Shown: piece by piece, positions 8,415 to 16,571 of the stretch
Position numbering within the stretch: the first letter of the stretch is position 1
Layout: every line of letters begins with the position of its first letter
Origin: Desulfobulbus propionicus DSM 2032
Lineage (GTDB): Bacteria > Desulfobacterota > Desulfobulbia > Desulfobulbales > Desulfobulbaceae
Reading direction: 5' to 3'
DNA length: 32,000 nt
Assembly: GCF_000186885.1 (NCBI RefSeq)
Contig: NC_014972.1
Location: 3,750,001 to 3,782,000 of the forward strand
Notes under the pieces: model-generated
What the model was told of the DNA's origin: nothing
Seen by the model: the letters and a program-made list of their open reading frames with translations, nothing else
Databases searched by the model: none
Position numbers and translations under genes: made by a program

Positions 8415-9610
8415 CCTTTTCGCCCTCCGTGCAGCATCAGCCGATAGTAGCCCCGTTCGGGCCGGGCCGGATCGTTATCGCAGATCGCCACTTCCAGTCC
8501 CTCCAGGACGATGCGGCCGCTGGCGGTCTCGTCCTGAAAGCGGTCACCCAGCCGCTTGAAGCGGTTGAGGCAGATGTTGTCGATGCCGCTCAACCCCATC
8601 AACAGTTGATAGAGGTCGCTGGCCCACAGGTCCTCGCCAAAGCGGAGCCGGCCCGGCGCGAAAAAGCCGCCCGGCCCGGTACCCAGAGCCCTGTCCACCG
8701 CATGGCGGACCTCGGACTGGAAATACTGGTCATTGACCTGGATCGACAGGGTCAGGGTGATGCCGACCTCCACCGCCTCCTCCAGCACCACCTCCTGGCC
8801 CACCATGCGGTAGGTCTCGATATAGGGGTAGAGCACGGAGCGGACATTGGGGTGGTCGCTGCGCGCCGGCAGGGCCAGGTCGCGCTCGGCGTGGAAGGCC
8901 TGGGTCTGGGCCCAGACCTCGTCGCTGTAGACAGTGTGGTCAACATCGAGGCCAAGGCGCTGCCAGGCGATCACCGCCACATGGACCGTGGTCCAGGACC
9001 CGTCCCAGCGCTCCCAGGCATGGGCGCGCAGTACCAGGGGATGCAGTTCCAGCTGGCGCTCGAAATCCTCCAGGGTGACCATGCGGTGCTGATCGTGGAT
9101 GGCGCGCGGCCCATCGAGCCGGGCCTGCTCCATCTGCTCGGGATGATCGAGCCACCAGCGGTCAAACCGCTCCGTCTCGGTGGCGCTCAGCGGCGCCAGG
9201 GCCTCCAGTTCGCTCAAGTCGGCAAAGGGCGGGGTGCGCAGCCGCTTGGCCATCCCGGCCACGTCGTAGCCGATCAGCAGCAGCAGGCGGCGCAGCGATT
9301 CCGGCCGGCGGGCGGTTTCAAGAAAACTCTCGGACGCGGCCCGGTCAAGGGCATCGGACAACTGGTCGAGCCCGTAGGCCAGCACCTCGATCAGGGCCAC
9401 CTCGACATCGGCCGGGGTCCAACGCCTACGTTCCGGGAAACGGGCGGCCAGTTCCTGGAGCATGAACAGGCGGAAACCGTCGTAGTCGCGCTGATCCCAG
9501 TCGAAGTCGTCGCCCACCGTGGGCAGGATGTCCGGCAGATCGATCAGACGGCGGCCGCAGTCCGGGCAGGCCCCGTCAAACAACAGCTCGGCAACAGGAT
9601 CAACGGCCAT
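8411..9610 (-). CDS. Baseplate J-like protein (smaller gpJ/gp6-type paralogue)
   Basis: 399 aa. The segment ADVEVALIEVLAYGLDQLSDALDRAASESFLETARRPESLRRLLLLIGYD resembles the N-terminal gpJ-family pattern. It sits directly after gp25, as gpJ does in P2. It overlaps the upstream gene by 1 nt and the downstream gene by 4 nt. Confidence 0.55.
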   Translation of the reverse strand: MAVDPVAELLFDGACPDCGRRLIDLPDILPTVGDDFDWDQRDYDGFRLFMLQELAARFPERRRWTPADVEVALIEVLAYGLDQLSDALDRAASESFLETARRPESLRRLLLLIGYDVAGMAKRLRTPPFADLSELEALAPLSATETERFDRWWLDHPEQMEQARLDGPRAIHDQHRMVTLEDFERQLELHPLVLRAHAWERWDGSWTTVHVAVIAWQRLGLDVDHTVYSDEVWAQTQAFHAERDLALPARSDHPNVRSVLYPYIETYRMVGQEVVLEEAVEVGITLTLSIQVNDQYFQSEVRHAVDRALGTGPGGFFAPGRLRFGEDLWASDLYQLLMGLSGIDNICLNRFKRLGDRFQDETASGRIVLEGLEVAICDNDPARPERGYYRLMLHGGRKG

Positions 9611-9996
9611 CAGGGTGCTCCCACGGTAAAGACTTGGCTGTCACGATGGCCGATGGCGGCCAGGGTGTAGCTGATGGTGATGGTCAGTTTGTCCTCGTCG
9701 CCGCTGACACTGACCTCGATGCTCTTGGGATCGACCTCGCCCTGAAGGGCTTCGGCGAGGGAGGCCAGCAACCGGCGTTTGGTGATCTGCCACAGCGGCG
9801 TGGCATTGGGTTCGAACACCAGGGCCTTGACCCCTGCACCGAACTCGGGGCGGAAGACCCGCTCGCCGGGCAGGGTGAACAGCACCTGCTCGATCTGACC
9901 GCGGATGTGCTCGGCCCGGCCGGCCAGGCGCGGTCCGGTTGGGTCCATGGTGAAGGGAAAGGCCAGGTAGGGCGGATCAATCAGTCGGCGTGCCAT
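9610..9996 (-). CDS. GPW/gp25-family baseplate wedge protein
   Basis: 128 aa. IRGQIEQVLFTLPGERVFRPEFGAGVKALVFEP matches the gp25 core (I...i..iL.T..GER...P.fG..l..l.Fep). Size and position after the spike gene are as expected. Confidence 0.85.
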   Translation of the reverse strand: MARRLIDPPYLAFPFTMDPTGPRLAGRAEHIRGQIEQVLFTLPGERVFRPEFGAGVKALVFEPNATPLWQITKRRLLASLAEALQGEVDPKSIEVSVSGDEDKLTITISYTLAAIGHRDSQVFTVGAP

Positions 9997-10017
9997 GACA
10001 TGCTCCTTTCGTGTTCC

Positions 10018-10836
10018 TTACGCGCTCATCACCTTGGTGGACAGGCTGCTGGACTCGCCCATGGGGATAGGTGGTCCCGAGGGCCCCATGGAGGTGGGGT
10101 GGACATGGCCGGCGTACATGCCGAGAAAGGTGGTGCCCTTGATCACCGGTTCGCCGCCGCTGCCGCCCAGCAGCACCTGACTGCCCTCCAGGGTGAGCAT
10201 GCCGCTGGTGCTGACCTTGACCCCGGAACCGGTCATCTCCACCGTGTTGCCATTGGCATCCTCCAGCTTGGCGCCCTGGCTGTTGAGGGTCAGGGTGTTG
10301 CCGTTGGCGTCCTCCAAGATGATCGCCCCATTCTGCGCGTCCAAGGTGAGTTTGTCCTCGTTGTTGTCGGTCAACAGAACCTTGCCGTCCTTGTCCATCT
10401 CCAGCTTGGCCCCGGCCGAGTGGAGCAGCTGGATGGTCTCGCCGTCGTCCTTGTCTTCCAGCAGCAAGACATGGCCCTTGGCGGTGCGCAGCACCTGGGT
10501 GGTCGGCGGGTCCTGGGCTTCGGTGGGGGCATCGCCCGACTGCTGCCAGAAGGTGCCGGTCCAGATGGGAAAATCGAGGTTGCCGCCCTCGAACTCCACC
10601 CACACCTGGGCACCGACACCGGGCACGGCGAAGAACCCCTGATTGCTCAAACCGCCGCAGGGCAGGCAGGGCAGGGCCCAGCCGCTCTCGGCCTCCCCCA
10701 GCAGACTCGGCACCCGCAGCTTGACCCGGGCCAGCCGCTCCGGATCGGCGTTGTCGGTGACAAAGCCCCGGTATTTGCCGTAGGCCCGGCGTTGCCCAAG
10801 ATTCTGGGCCAGTTGCTGCTGCAGATCATCAGGCAT
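10018..10836 (-). CDS. Central spike protein, phage baseplate assembly protein V / gp5-VgrG OB-fold type, with beta-helix and HxH apex
   Basis: 272 aa. YGKYRGFVTDNADPERLARVKLRVPSLLGEAESGWALPCLPCGG...VPGVGAQVWVEFEGGNLDFPIWTG is the gpV/gp5 OB-fold signature. The C-terminal half has a repeated LEDANGNT(L/V) motif 17 aa apart, followed by YAGHVHPT near the tip. Confidence 0.85.
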   Translation of the reverse strand: MPDDLQQQLAQNLGQRRAYGKYRGFVTDNADPERLARVKLRVPSLLGEAESGWALPCLPCGGLSNQGFFAVPGVGAQVWVEFEGGNLDFPIWTGTFWQQSGDAPTEAQDPPTTQVLRTAKGHVLLLEDKDDGETIQLLHSAGAKLEMDKDGKVLLTDNNEDKLTLDAQNGAIILEDANGNTLTLNSQGAKLEDANGNTVEMTGSGVKVSTSGMLTLEGSQVLLGGSGGEPVIKGTTFLGMYAGHVHPTSMGPSGPPIPMGESSSLSTKVMSA

Positions 10837-11987
10837 CAGAGCACTCCCGCAAGCGCTCCGGCCAAGCCGGAGACGCTGTCCAGATTATCGCCATAGGCGT
10901 TGCGCAGCAGCCGAAACCGCTGCCGGTAGCCCTGGGGGGTAAAGCTATGACTGACACTGTCCACGTAATAGATGCCGGACATCCGCTCCCCCAGACCATC
11001 CACCGGCACCGGCAGGCCGGCCTGAAGCACGTGGCCGTAGAGGGTGCCGTCGAGTTCGCCCTCGCCCTGGATGCGGTGGATATCGAGATCATTGATCTTC
11101 ATCTGCGCCAGGGCCTGCAAGCGCTGGGCGTCGGCCCCGGCCTCGGCTGACATCCGCCAGACAAAGTCCTCCAGGCCGGCGGCGCTGCTGTCGGCCGGCG
11201 TGGTACCCAGCAGATGCAGGTCGGAGCGCACCGGTTCCGGCGAGTCGACGGTGTCGCCGCTGTCCGCAGGCGCATCATAGGCCACCGCATCGGGCTGGTG
11301 GCCGTCGGCCCGCACCGACAACGACAAACAGTTGGTCTCGGCGCCGGCGTAGACCATGATCGTGCCCTGGGGGTCCTCGTCCAGCCGCATGGGACCGAAA
11401 TAGACCCGCCCCTCGCGGAAGATCAGCTCGTAGCCGTTGAACTCGGCCCGGGCCTTGAGGAACTTGATGTCGGTGTCGTCCTGGGCCACGCCCACCAATC
11501 GATCCTGGCCCGGGCCGTTGTCCGGATGGGGCGACAGGCCGTAGGCCGAGAGGATGTCCATCAGCGCCAGGGTATCGCTGCTGGGCAGGTCGGCGGTGCC
11601 CCAGGTTCTGCGCTGGTGGGTCCGGTCAAGACGGATGGAGTCGTCCTGACATTCGACCCGCACCTGCGCCGCGCCCGCATCCTGCGGCGTCTCCACTCGC
11701 ACCTCGCGGATGTAGCCGCGCATGATCTCCTCTTGCCGGCTGCCGAAAGCGGCGGCAATGACGATTCGCGCCCAGGGCTCGAGGATACCGGCATCCTGCA
11801 CGGTCCAGGTGCCCTGCTCGTTGCGCCGGGTTTCCAGGGTGAGCGTTGCCGCCGCTGCCTCGGTACGGCCGCACTCCACCGTCACCTCCAGCAGAAAGGG
11901 ATAGAGTTCGCTGATCTCCACCCCATCGACGGTGATCACGCATTCGGCCGGGGCGCGCTCCTTTTGCGACAGGAGGTCGAGCAGCAT
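10836..11987 (-). CDS. Baseplate hub protein, phage late control gene D (gpD / gp27-like)
   Basis: 383 aa, immediately upstream of the spike with a 1-nt overlap. The C-terminal MSGIYYVDSVSHSFTPQGYRQRFRL fits the gpD/VgrG-hub pattern (G.Y.v..v.H......gY...f.l). It follows a LysM/gpX-like gene, as in P2 X-D logic. Confidence 0.7.
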   Translation of the reverse strand: MLLDLLSQKERAPAECVITVDGVEISELYPFLLEVTVECGRTEAAAATLTLETRRNEQGTWTVQDAGILEPWARIVIAAAFGSRQEEIMRGYIREVRVETPQDAGAAQVRVECQDDSIRLDRTHQRRTWGTADLPSSDTLALMDILSAYGLSPHPDNGPGQDRLVGVAQDDTDIKFLKARAEFNGYELIFREGRVYFGPMRLDEDPQGTIMVYAGAETNCLSLSVRADGHQPDAVAYDAPADSGDTVDSPEPVRSDLHLLGTTPADSSAAGLEDFVWRMSAEAGADAQRLQALAQMKINDLDIHRIQGEGELDGTLYGHVLQAGLPVPVDGLGERMSGIYYVDSVSHSFTPQGYRQRFRLLRNAYGDNLDSVSGLAGALAGVL

Positions 11988-11996
11988 GGTCTCCTC

Positions 11997-12287
11997 CTAC
12001 TCCTTGGCCTTGGGGATGAGGATCACCTCGCCGGCGCGCTCGGCCAGCGAGATCTCCACCCCCGAGAGCAGATCCGGGTTGGCGTCGAGGATCCGCCACC
12101 ACAGGCGGGCATCGCTGTAGTAGTGGTGGGCCAGGAGGTCGAGCCGGTCGCCCTCCTGGATCACATGCTCCACCACGCCGATGGCCGGGCCGATCTCGCG
12201 CGGCCGGGTGCCCTTGCAGCGCACCTGGCCGCTGTCATCGGCCTCGAAACGGCGGGCCTCCTTGTAGCGGGAATTCTTGAGCAGCAT
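11997..12287 (-). CDS. LysM-domain tail protein (P2 gpX-like)
   Basis: 96 aa. HVIQEGDRLDLLAHHYYSDARLWWRILDANPDL is a LysM/tail-X type motif (y.V..GD.Ld.lA...Y.d...ww.I..aN). Its ATG shares one base with the stop of the upstream tube-like gene (TGATG at 12285-12289). Confidence 0.7.
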   Translation of the reverse strand: MLLKNSRYKEARRFEADDSGQVRCKGTRPREIGPAIGVVEHVIQEGDRLDLLAHHYYSDARLWWRILDANPDLLSGVEISLAERAGEVILIPKAKE

Positions 12288-12934
12288 CAGAACAGTCCTC
12301 CGATACCGGTGACGGCGGTGCGGGCGGTGTTCATCGCCGCGCCGACCACCTGGCGGATCTTTTCCACCTCGTAGAAGGGGTTGTTGCCCTCGATCACCTG
12401 CAAGCCCAGTTTGACCGTGGCCCGGTAGGGCGCAAGGTTGGGCAGGTGGGCCGATTCCCCCACCTCGATGCTCTTGAGGAACACCGGCAACACATGGGTG
12501 CCCCAGACGAGCAGCAGCACCGAGGCGGTCTGGCTGCGCTGGAAGGCACGGCTGCCGCCGAATCCCAGGCTGGCCAGGGTCTGCAGGCCACCCGGCCCCT
12601 GGGTCTTGGGCTCGACCATGCTGCGCAGGGTGTCCAGTTCCGGCTGGATGCCGATCTCCTGGGCCACTGGGTCGCCATCGTTCATCCGGTCGGTGGCGTC
12701 GATCAGGATCTCGAGGTCAAAGCTCTCGGGCTCCACCGCCACCCCCTGGGCCACCCTCGCGGTCTCGGTGGGCAGGGCAAAATCGTAGCCGCCTCGCGTG
12801 GCCGGGGTCGAGCCCAGGGTCAGGGTGACGCTGCGGTTGCGGGTCAGACTCTGGGGGTTGAAGTCAAAGGCGAGCATCAGCGGCGGCAGGGCCAGCGCGT
12901 ATTCAACCAGAAATCCTTTGATCGGCGACAACAT
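12287..12934 (-). CDS. CIS tube-fold protein, tube-initiator candidate (N-terminal part of Afp7-type proteins)
   Basis: 215 aa. The N-terminus MLSPIKGFLVEYALALPPLMLAFDFNPQSLTRNRSVTLT resembles the tube-like N-terminal domain that is usually fused to LysM in CIS loci (recalled, not searched). It lies immediately upstream of the LysM ORF. Confidence 0.6.
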   Translation of the reverse strand: MLSPIKGFLVEYALALPPLMLAFDFNPQSLTRNRSVTLTLGSTPATRGGYDFALPTETARVAQGVAVEPESFDLEILIDATDRMNDGDPVAQEIGIQPELDTLRSMVEPKTQGPGGLQTLASLGFGGSRAFQRSQTASVLLLVWGTHVLPVFLKSIEVGESAHLPNLAPYRATVKLGLQVIEGNNPFYEVEKIRQVVGAAMNTARTAVTGIGGLF

Positions 12935-12945
12935 GGCGCTTCCTC

Positions 12946-13182
12946 CTAGGGCCTGTTCGCGGCAAGACCGCGCTGAATCGCATCGGCGATTTGATGGGCG
13001 ATGCGACGATCACTGTGGTCCGCCTCCACCTGCACCGGCCCGACGCGCAGTTGGTCGACCCGACCGAAGCCGAGATCGTCGCGCCCGGCCAGGGCCTCGC
13101 CCACCAGACGGCCAATGCGTTGGGCCCGGTGCTCGAACCCGGCAGGCAGTTGCAGGCGCAGATGGTCGATCTCAGTGGTCAT
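12946..13182 (-). CDS. Small hypothetical protein (78 aa) coupled to the ATPase gene
   Basis: The ORF start overlaps the ATPase stop by 11 nt and the ORF ends 11 nt before the next gene, filling an otherwise unexplained gap in a tightly packed operon. No recognisable motif. Confidence 0.4.
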   Translation of the reverse strand: MTTEIDHLRLQLPAGFEHRAQRIGRLVGEALAGRDDLGFGRVDQLRVGPVQVEADHSDRRIAHQIADAIQRGLAANRP

Positions 13183-14527
13183 GGAGCAGCTCCCGAGGCA
13201 GATGCGCGGCCAGGGGACCCAGATCCTGGGGATTCATCTCCCGGCCCTCCTTGCCCAGTTCCCGCCACACCGCGTGGGCAAGGTGGCCAAGGCCAATGGC
13301 CACACCCTCGCCTGCGGCCAGATAGGCGGCGTGCAGGGCAGCGTTGCGGATCGAGCCGCCGGTCAGGGCCATGGCCGCGCCGAGAAAGATGGGATCCACC
13401 TCCGGGGCAAGCGGGGCCTTGGGCGGCAGCAGACGGCGCCACAGCTCGGACCGGGCAGCGGCATCGGGCCGGGGAAACTCCACCACCAGCTGGAAGCGGC
13501 GGGTGAAGGCGGAATCCAGCTGCTTGCGCAGGTTGGTGGTGAGGATGCAGGGGCCGTCATGGGCCTCGATACGGGTCAGCAGGTGGCTGACCTCCATGTT
13601 GGCGTAGCGGTCCCGGGCCTCCTTGACCTCGCCGCGCTTAGCAAAGAGGGCGTCGGCCTCGTCGAACTGGAGCACCATCGGCTGGCCGTGGGCCGCATCG
13701 AACAGCCGGTTGAGGTTCTCCTCGGTCTCGCCCACATATTTGCTCACCAGCCGTCCGAGATCGACCCGGTACAACGGCCAGCCGAGCGCACCGGCCAGCA
13801 CAGCCGCGGCAAAGGTCTTGCCCGTGCCCGACGGCCCGGTGAACAGGGCCACCGGCCCGCCCACGCTCTGACCGTGCCACAGACCGACCACGGTGTCGCG
13901 CTGCTCGATCCACAGCAGAAATTCGCGCAACATGGCCAACCGGCTCTTGGGCAGGACCAGATCGTCCCACCCGGCCTGCTGACGGACCAGGGTGGCCCCG
14001 GGCGGCGGCGGCAGATCGAGCGGCCGGCCGGTCAGCCGACCCACCAGCCAGGGTTCGGGCAGGATCGGCCGGTAGGGATCGTCCTGCTCCAGGCGCACCA
14101 GGCGGCGACGGCGCAGGGTGGATTCGGGAGCGAGAAGGCGGCGCAACTGTTCCCCTTGACCGGCATCCAGGGCCAACAGTTCCTGGATCAAGCTGCGCGT
14201 GGCCCAGGGCTGAACCGAGCCTGCCTGCAAATTCTGGAAGGACCAGCCGAGACGAGGTTCCAGTTCCGGCCCCAGGGTGCAGGCCAGGATATCGTACTCC
14301 AGCGGTTGCAGCCCGAAACCGAGCGCGGTCTCCCACACCCCCGCAGGTTCGCGCAATGTTTGCACCTCGGCTTGGAGGCGGCGCAAACTCTCCAGCTCCT
14401 CATCGCCCAGGGTCTCGCCGCGGCGGCTCTTGGCCAGGCACCAGGCGAGCAGGTCGAGACGCCGCCATTCGGCGTCCAGGGCGGGCAGGACGGAGAGTTC
14501 GGCCAGGGAGGCGTTCATGGCGCTCAC
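13172..14527 (-). CDS. AAA+ ATPase (Afp15-type CIS assembly ATPase)
   Basis: 451 aa. Walker A is GPSGTGKTFAAAVLAGALGWPLYRVDLGRLVSKYVGETEENLNRLFDAA, Walker B is MVLQFDEADALF, and TTNLRKQLDSAFTRRF is a sensor/second-region-of-homology style segment. The ~190-aa N-terminal region has no motif I recognise. Confidence 0.9.
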   Translation of the reverse strand: MSAMNASLAELSVLPALDAEWRRLDLLAWCLAKSRRGETLGDEELESLRRLQAEVQTLREPAGVWETALGFGLQPLEYDILACTLGPELEPRLGWSFQNLQAGSVQPWATRSLIQELLALDAGQGEQLRRLLAPESTLRRRRLVRLEQDDPYRPILPEPWLVGRLTGRPLDLPPPPGATLVRQQAGWDDLVLPKSRLAMLREFLLWIEQRDTVVGLWHGQSVGGPVALFTGPSGTGKTFAAAVLAGALGWPLYRVDLGRLVSKYVGETEENLNRLFDAAHGQPMVLQFDEADALFAKRGEVKEARDRYANMEVSHLLTRIEAHDGPCILTTNLRKQLDSAFTRRFQLVVEFPRPDAAARSELWRRLLPPKAPLAPEVDPIFLGAAMALTGGSIRNAALHAAYLAAGEGVAIGLGHLAHAVWRELGKEGREMNPQDLGPLAAHLPRELLHDH

Positions 14528-15543
14528 CCGTTAGCGAGGGTAACCAGGAGAGGATTGGAGCGGACGCGGAGCACGGTGCCGTCACTGCTGCGGGTGAAGG
14601 TCCGCTCGGCAGCGAGCAGCAACTGGCCCGGGCGGTCGTTGAACGGCAGGGGGAGGGCGGCGGCGGTCGCTGCGGCTGCAGCCTCGGGATCGATGCCGCT
14701 GTCGGTGATGACCACGGACGTCGGCGGTGCCACCTGCTGCCAGCCGCTGGCGGCCTCCCAGCTCTGCCAACACAGATCGACCGTGGCCCCTGGTTCGCCC
14801 GCCACCCAGACCTGGGGGACAAAGGCGGCCAGTTCCGGACTGCCCACGGTAAACAGCAGGCTCAGCGCGCAAGCACCATCCTGGACAAAGGCAAGGGCTG
14901 GTGTCCAGTCCTCGGTGCGGGTGTCCGGCTGCATGGCGGCCACCCGTGGCCCCTGCGCGCTGGCAGTGACCGCCTGACGGTCCAGGGTGGCTTGCACCTG
15001 CAGGCCAAGGCTGGCGGCCAGCGGCGGTTGCAGGGCCGGTTGCACCGGCACCACCGGCATGAGCGAAATTTCGTAGAGCAACGAGGGCCGGTAGATGGTA
15101 TCTCCCTGGGTGGACCACAGCTGATTGAGCTGATCGAGCCCCAGCGGCAGGAAGACCACCTGCAGATGATACTCTACATCGTCGACGTTGAGGATGAACA
15201 CCGGCCGCTCGTGGAAGATGCGACTGACCTCGCCGATCAAGCGCAGATCGTTTTCGCCGGGACCGATGGCGTCTTCCTCGGCGGCAAAGGGGGTAATCAG
15301 GCAGAAGGCGCGCAGCCAGCCGGTTGCACCCGGCAGGGTGTCGGGGAAGAGTCCAGCAGGTTCAAAGCGGTGGAAGAAGAGGTTGAGTCGGTGGTCGCTG
15401 TCGCCGGCACCAGCCGAGGCGGTTTCCGCCGGCGTGGCCAGCACCACCGTGACCTTGCTGCGGTCAGGAGCGTTGATCTCGCTGTCAAGATAGGCGCGAA
15501 GACCCTTGCAGACCTGGGAGATCGGAGACGGTGCCAGTGCCAT
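14524..15543 (-). CDS. DUF4255 (Pvc16/Afp16-type) tail terminator/cap protein
   Basis: 339 aa. The N-terminal ISQVCKGLRAYLDSEI...VTVVLATP...HRLNLFFHRFEP fits the DUF4255 pattern (...V.v....P......l.l.LY.v.en). It overlaps the ATPase gene by 4 nt. Confidence 0.75.
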   Translation of the reverse strand: MALAPSPISQVCKGLRAYLDSEINAPDRSKVTVVLATPAETASAGAGDSDHRLNLFFHRFEPAGLFPDTLPGATGWLRAFCLITPFAAEEDAIGPGENDLRLIGEVSRIFHERPVFILNVDDVEYHLQVVFLPLGLDQLNQLWSTQGDTIYRPSLLYEISLMPVVPVQPALQPPLAASLGLQVQATLDRQAVTASAQGPRVAAMQPDTRTEDWTPALAFVQDGACALSLLFTVGSPELAAFVPQVWVAGEPGATVDLCWQSWEAASGWQQVAPPTSVVITDSGIDPEAAAAATAAALPLPFNDRPGQLLLAAERTFTRSSDGTVLRVRSNPLLVTLANG

Positions 15544-15544
15544 A

Positions 15545-16570
15545 TCAGAGCCGTTTCAAATAATTGCGGCTGACAAAGCCGGTATCGGTCCGGGCCGTGG
15601 TCCCGGACCGGGTTGCAGGTGACCCGTTGCTGACCACCACCACATCGATCCGCCCGATCACCAGGTGCGGTGGCTGTTCCTCTGAAGCGCGGGGTGGCGC
15701 ATAATCCATCGGCACCCCCATCCCGTCTTCTCCGGACAAGGGGGGCACAGGGGGAGCGCTGCGCATGGGTCGCGACGTCGCGCCGACCTCTCCCCATGGG
15801 CCATCGCTCCGCTCCGGTGCCATCGTCGGAACCTGCATGCCGCCACCAGCTTGCGGCGGATGGATATTCTCCCCGCCGCCCGCGAAACCGGGGAACGGCA
15901 CACCTGTGGACCGATGGGCATCCGTGCCCTCCGGTCGTTCGGCTGCCGTTGTCCCCGGTTGTCCCGATCTCAGGGGGGTGACCGGTGCGGAAAAAGAATC
16001 AGAAGGGGCGCCCTGACCCGAAGCCCGACTCTGGTACGTTTCTTCTCGTTCGCTAACAAATCGCCCACTGCCTTCTGGGAGTCGGGACTTATGCGTCTGA
16101 TGAACGGGATCCGATTCGACTGGCCCAGGCACAACAACTGACTGGTGCGTCCTCGATTCGGCGATCATCTCGGCTGCCGTTCTCTTGCCTGGACTTCCAT
16201 GATTGACCTGTCCTGTTGCCAGTTCGTTCCCTCGATTATCGCCCAAAACGGAAATGATGTCGCGGTTGCCGTTGACATCCTTGGCAGAAAAGTCTGGTTT
16301 CTCAACCTCGCTCCCCACTGACAAAGGGTCACCGGCCGGAAGATCGGATTCTCCCACCCCCAACCGGAATGACGCCTCTCGGGACCCACCCTCCATCACT
16401 GGAGAAGGCCCCCCCTTCTGAAATCTGAAAATCGTGGTCATGCCGGATGGCGCGGCCGGTTCAAGCGGCTCCTCTTCCGGCGTCTCCACCTCCGGCAGCA
16501 TCTCGCGGCGCACCCATGTGCCTGGAAGGGGCCTGCGGGCATCGCGGATGGTGTCGTCGAACAAACCCAT
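15545..16570 (-). CDS. Hypothetical Pro/Gly/Ser/Glu-rich protein in the tape-measure position
   Basis: 341-codon ORF separated by 1 nt from both neighbours. Composition is low-complexity and likely disordered. The only ordered-looking part is the C-terminus HLVIGRIDVVVVSNGSPATRSGTTARTDTGFVSRNYLKRL. No long competing ORF lies on the other strand across its centre. Confidence 0.5.
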   Translation of the reverse strand: MGLFDDTIRDARRPLPGTWVRREMLPEVETPEEEPLEPAAPSGMTTIFRFQKGGPSPVMEGGSREASFRLGVGESDLPAGDPLSVGSEVEKPDFSAKDVNGNRDIISVLGDNRGNELATGQVNHGSPGKRTAAEMIAESRTHQSVVVPGPVESDPVHQTHKSRLPEGSGRFVSEREETYQSRASGQGAPSDSFSAPVTPLRSGQPGTTAAERPEGTDAHRSTGVPFPGFAGGGENIHPPQAGGGMQVPTMAPERSDGPWGEVGATSRPMRSAPPVPPLSGEDGMGVPMDYAPPRASEEQPPHLVIGRIDVVVVSNGSPATRSGTTARTDTGFVSRNYLKRL

Positions 16571-16571
16571 A

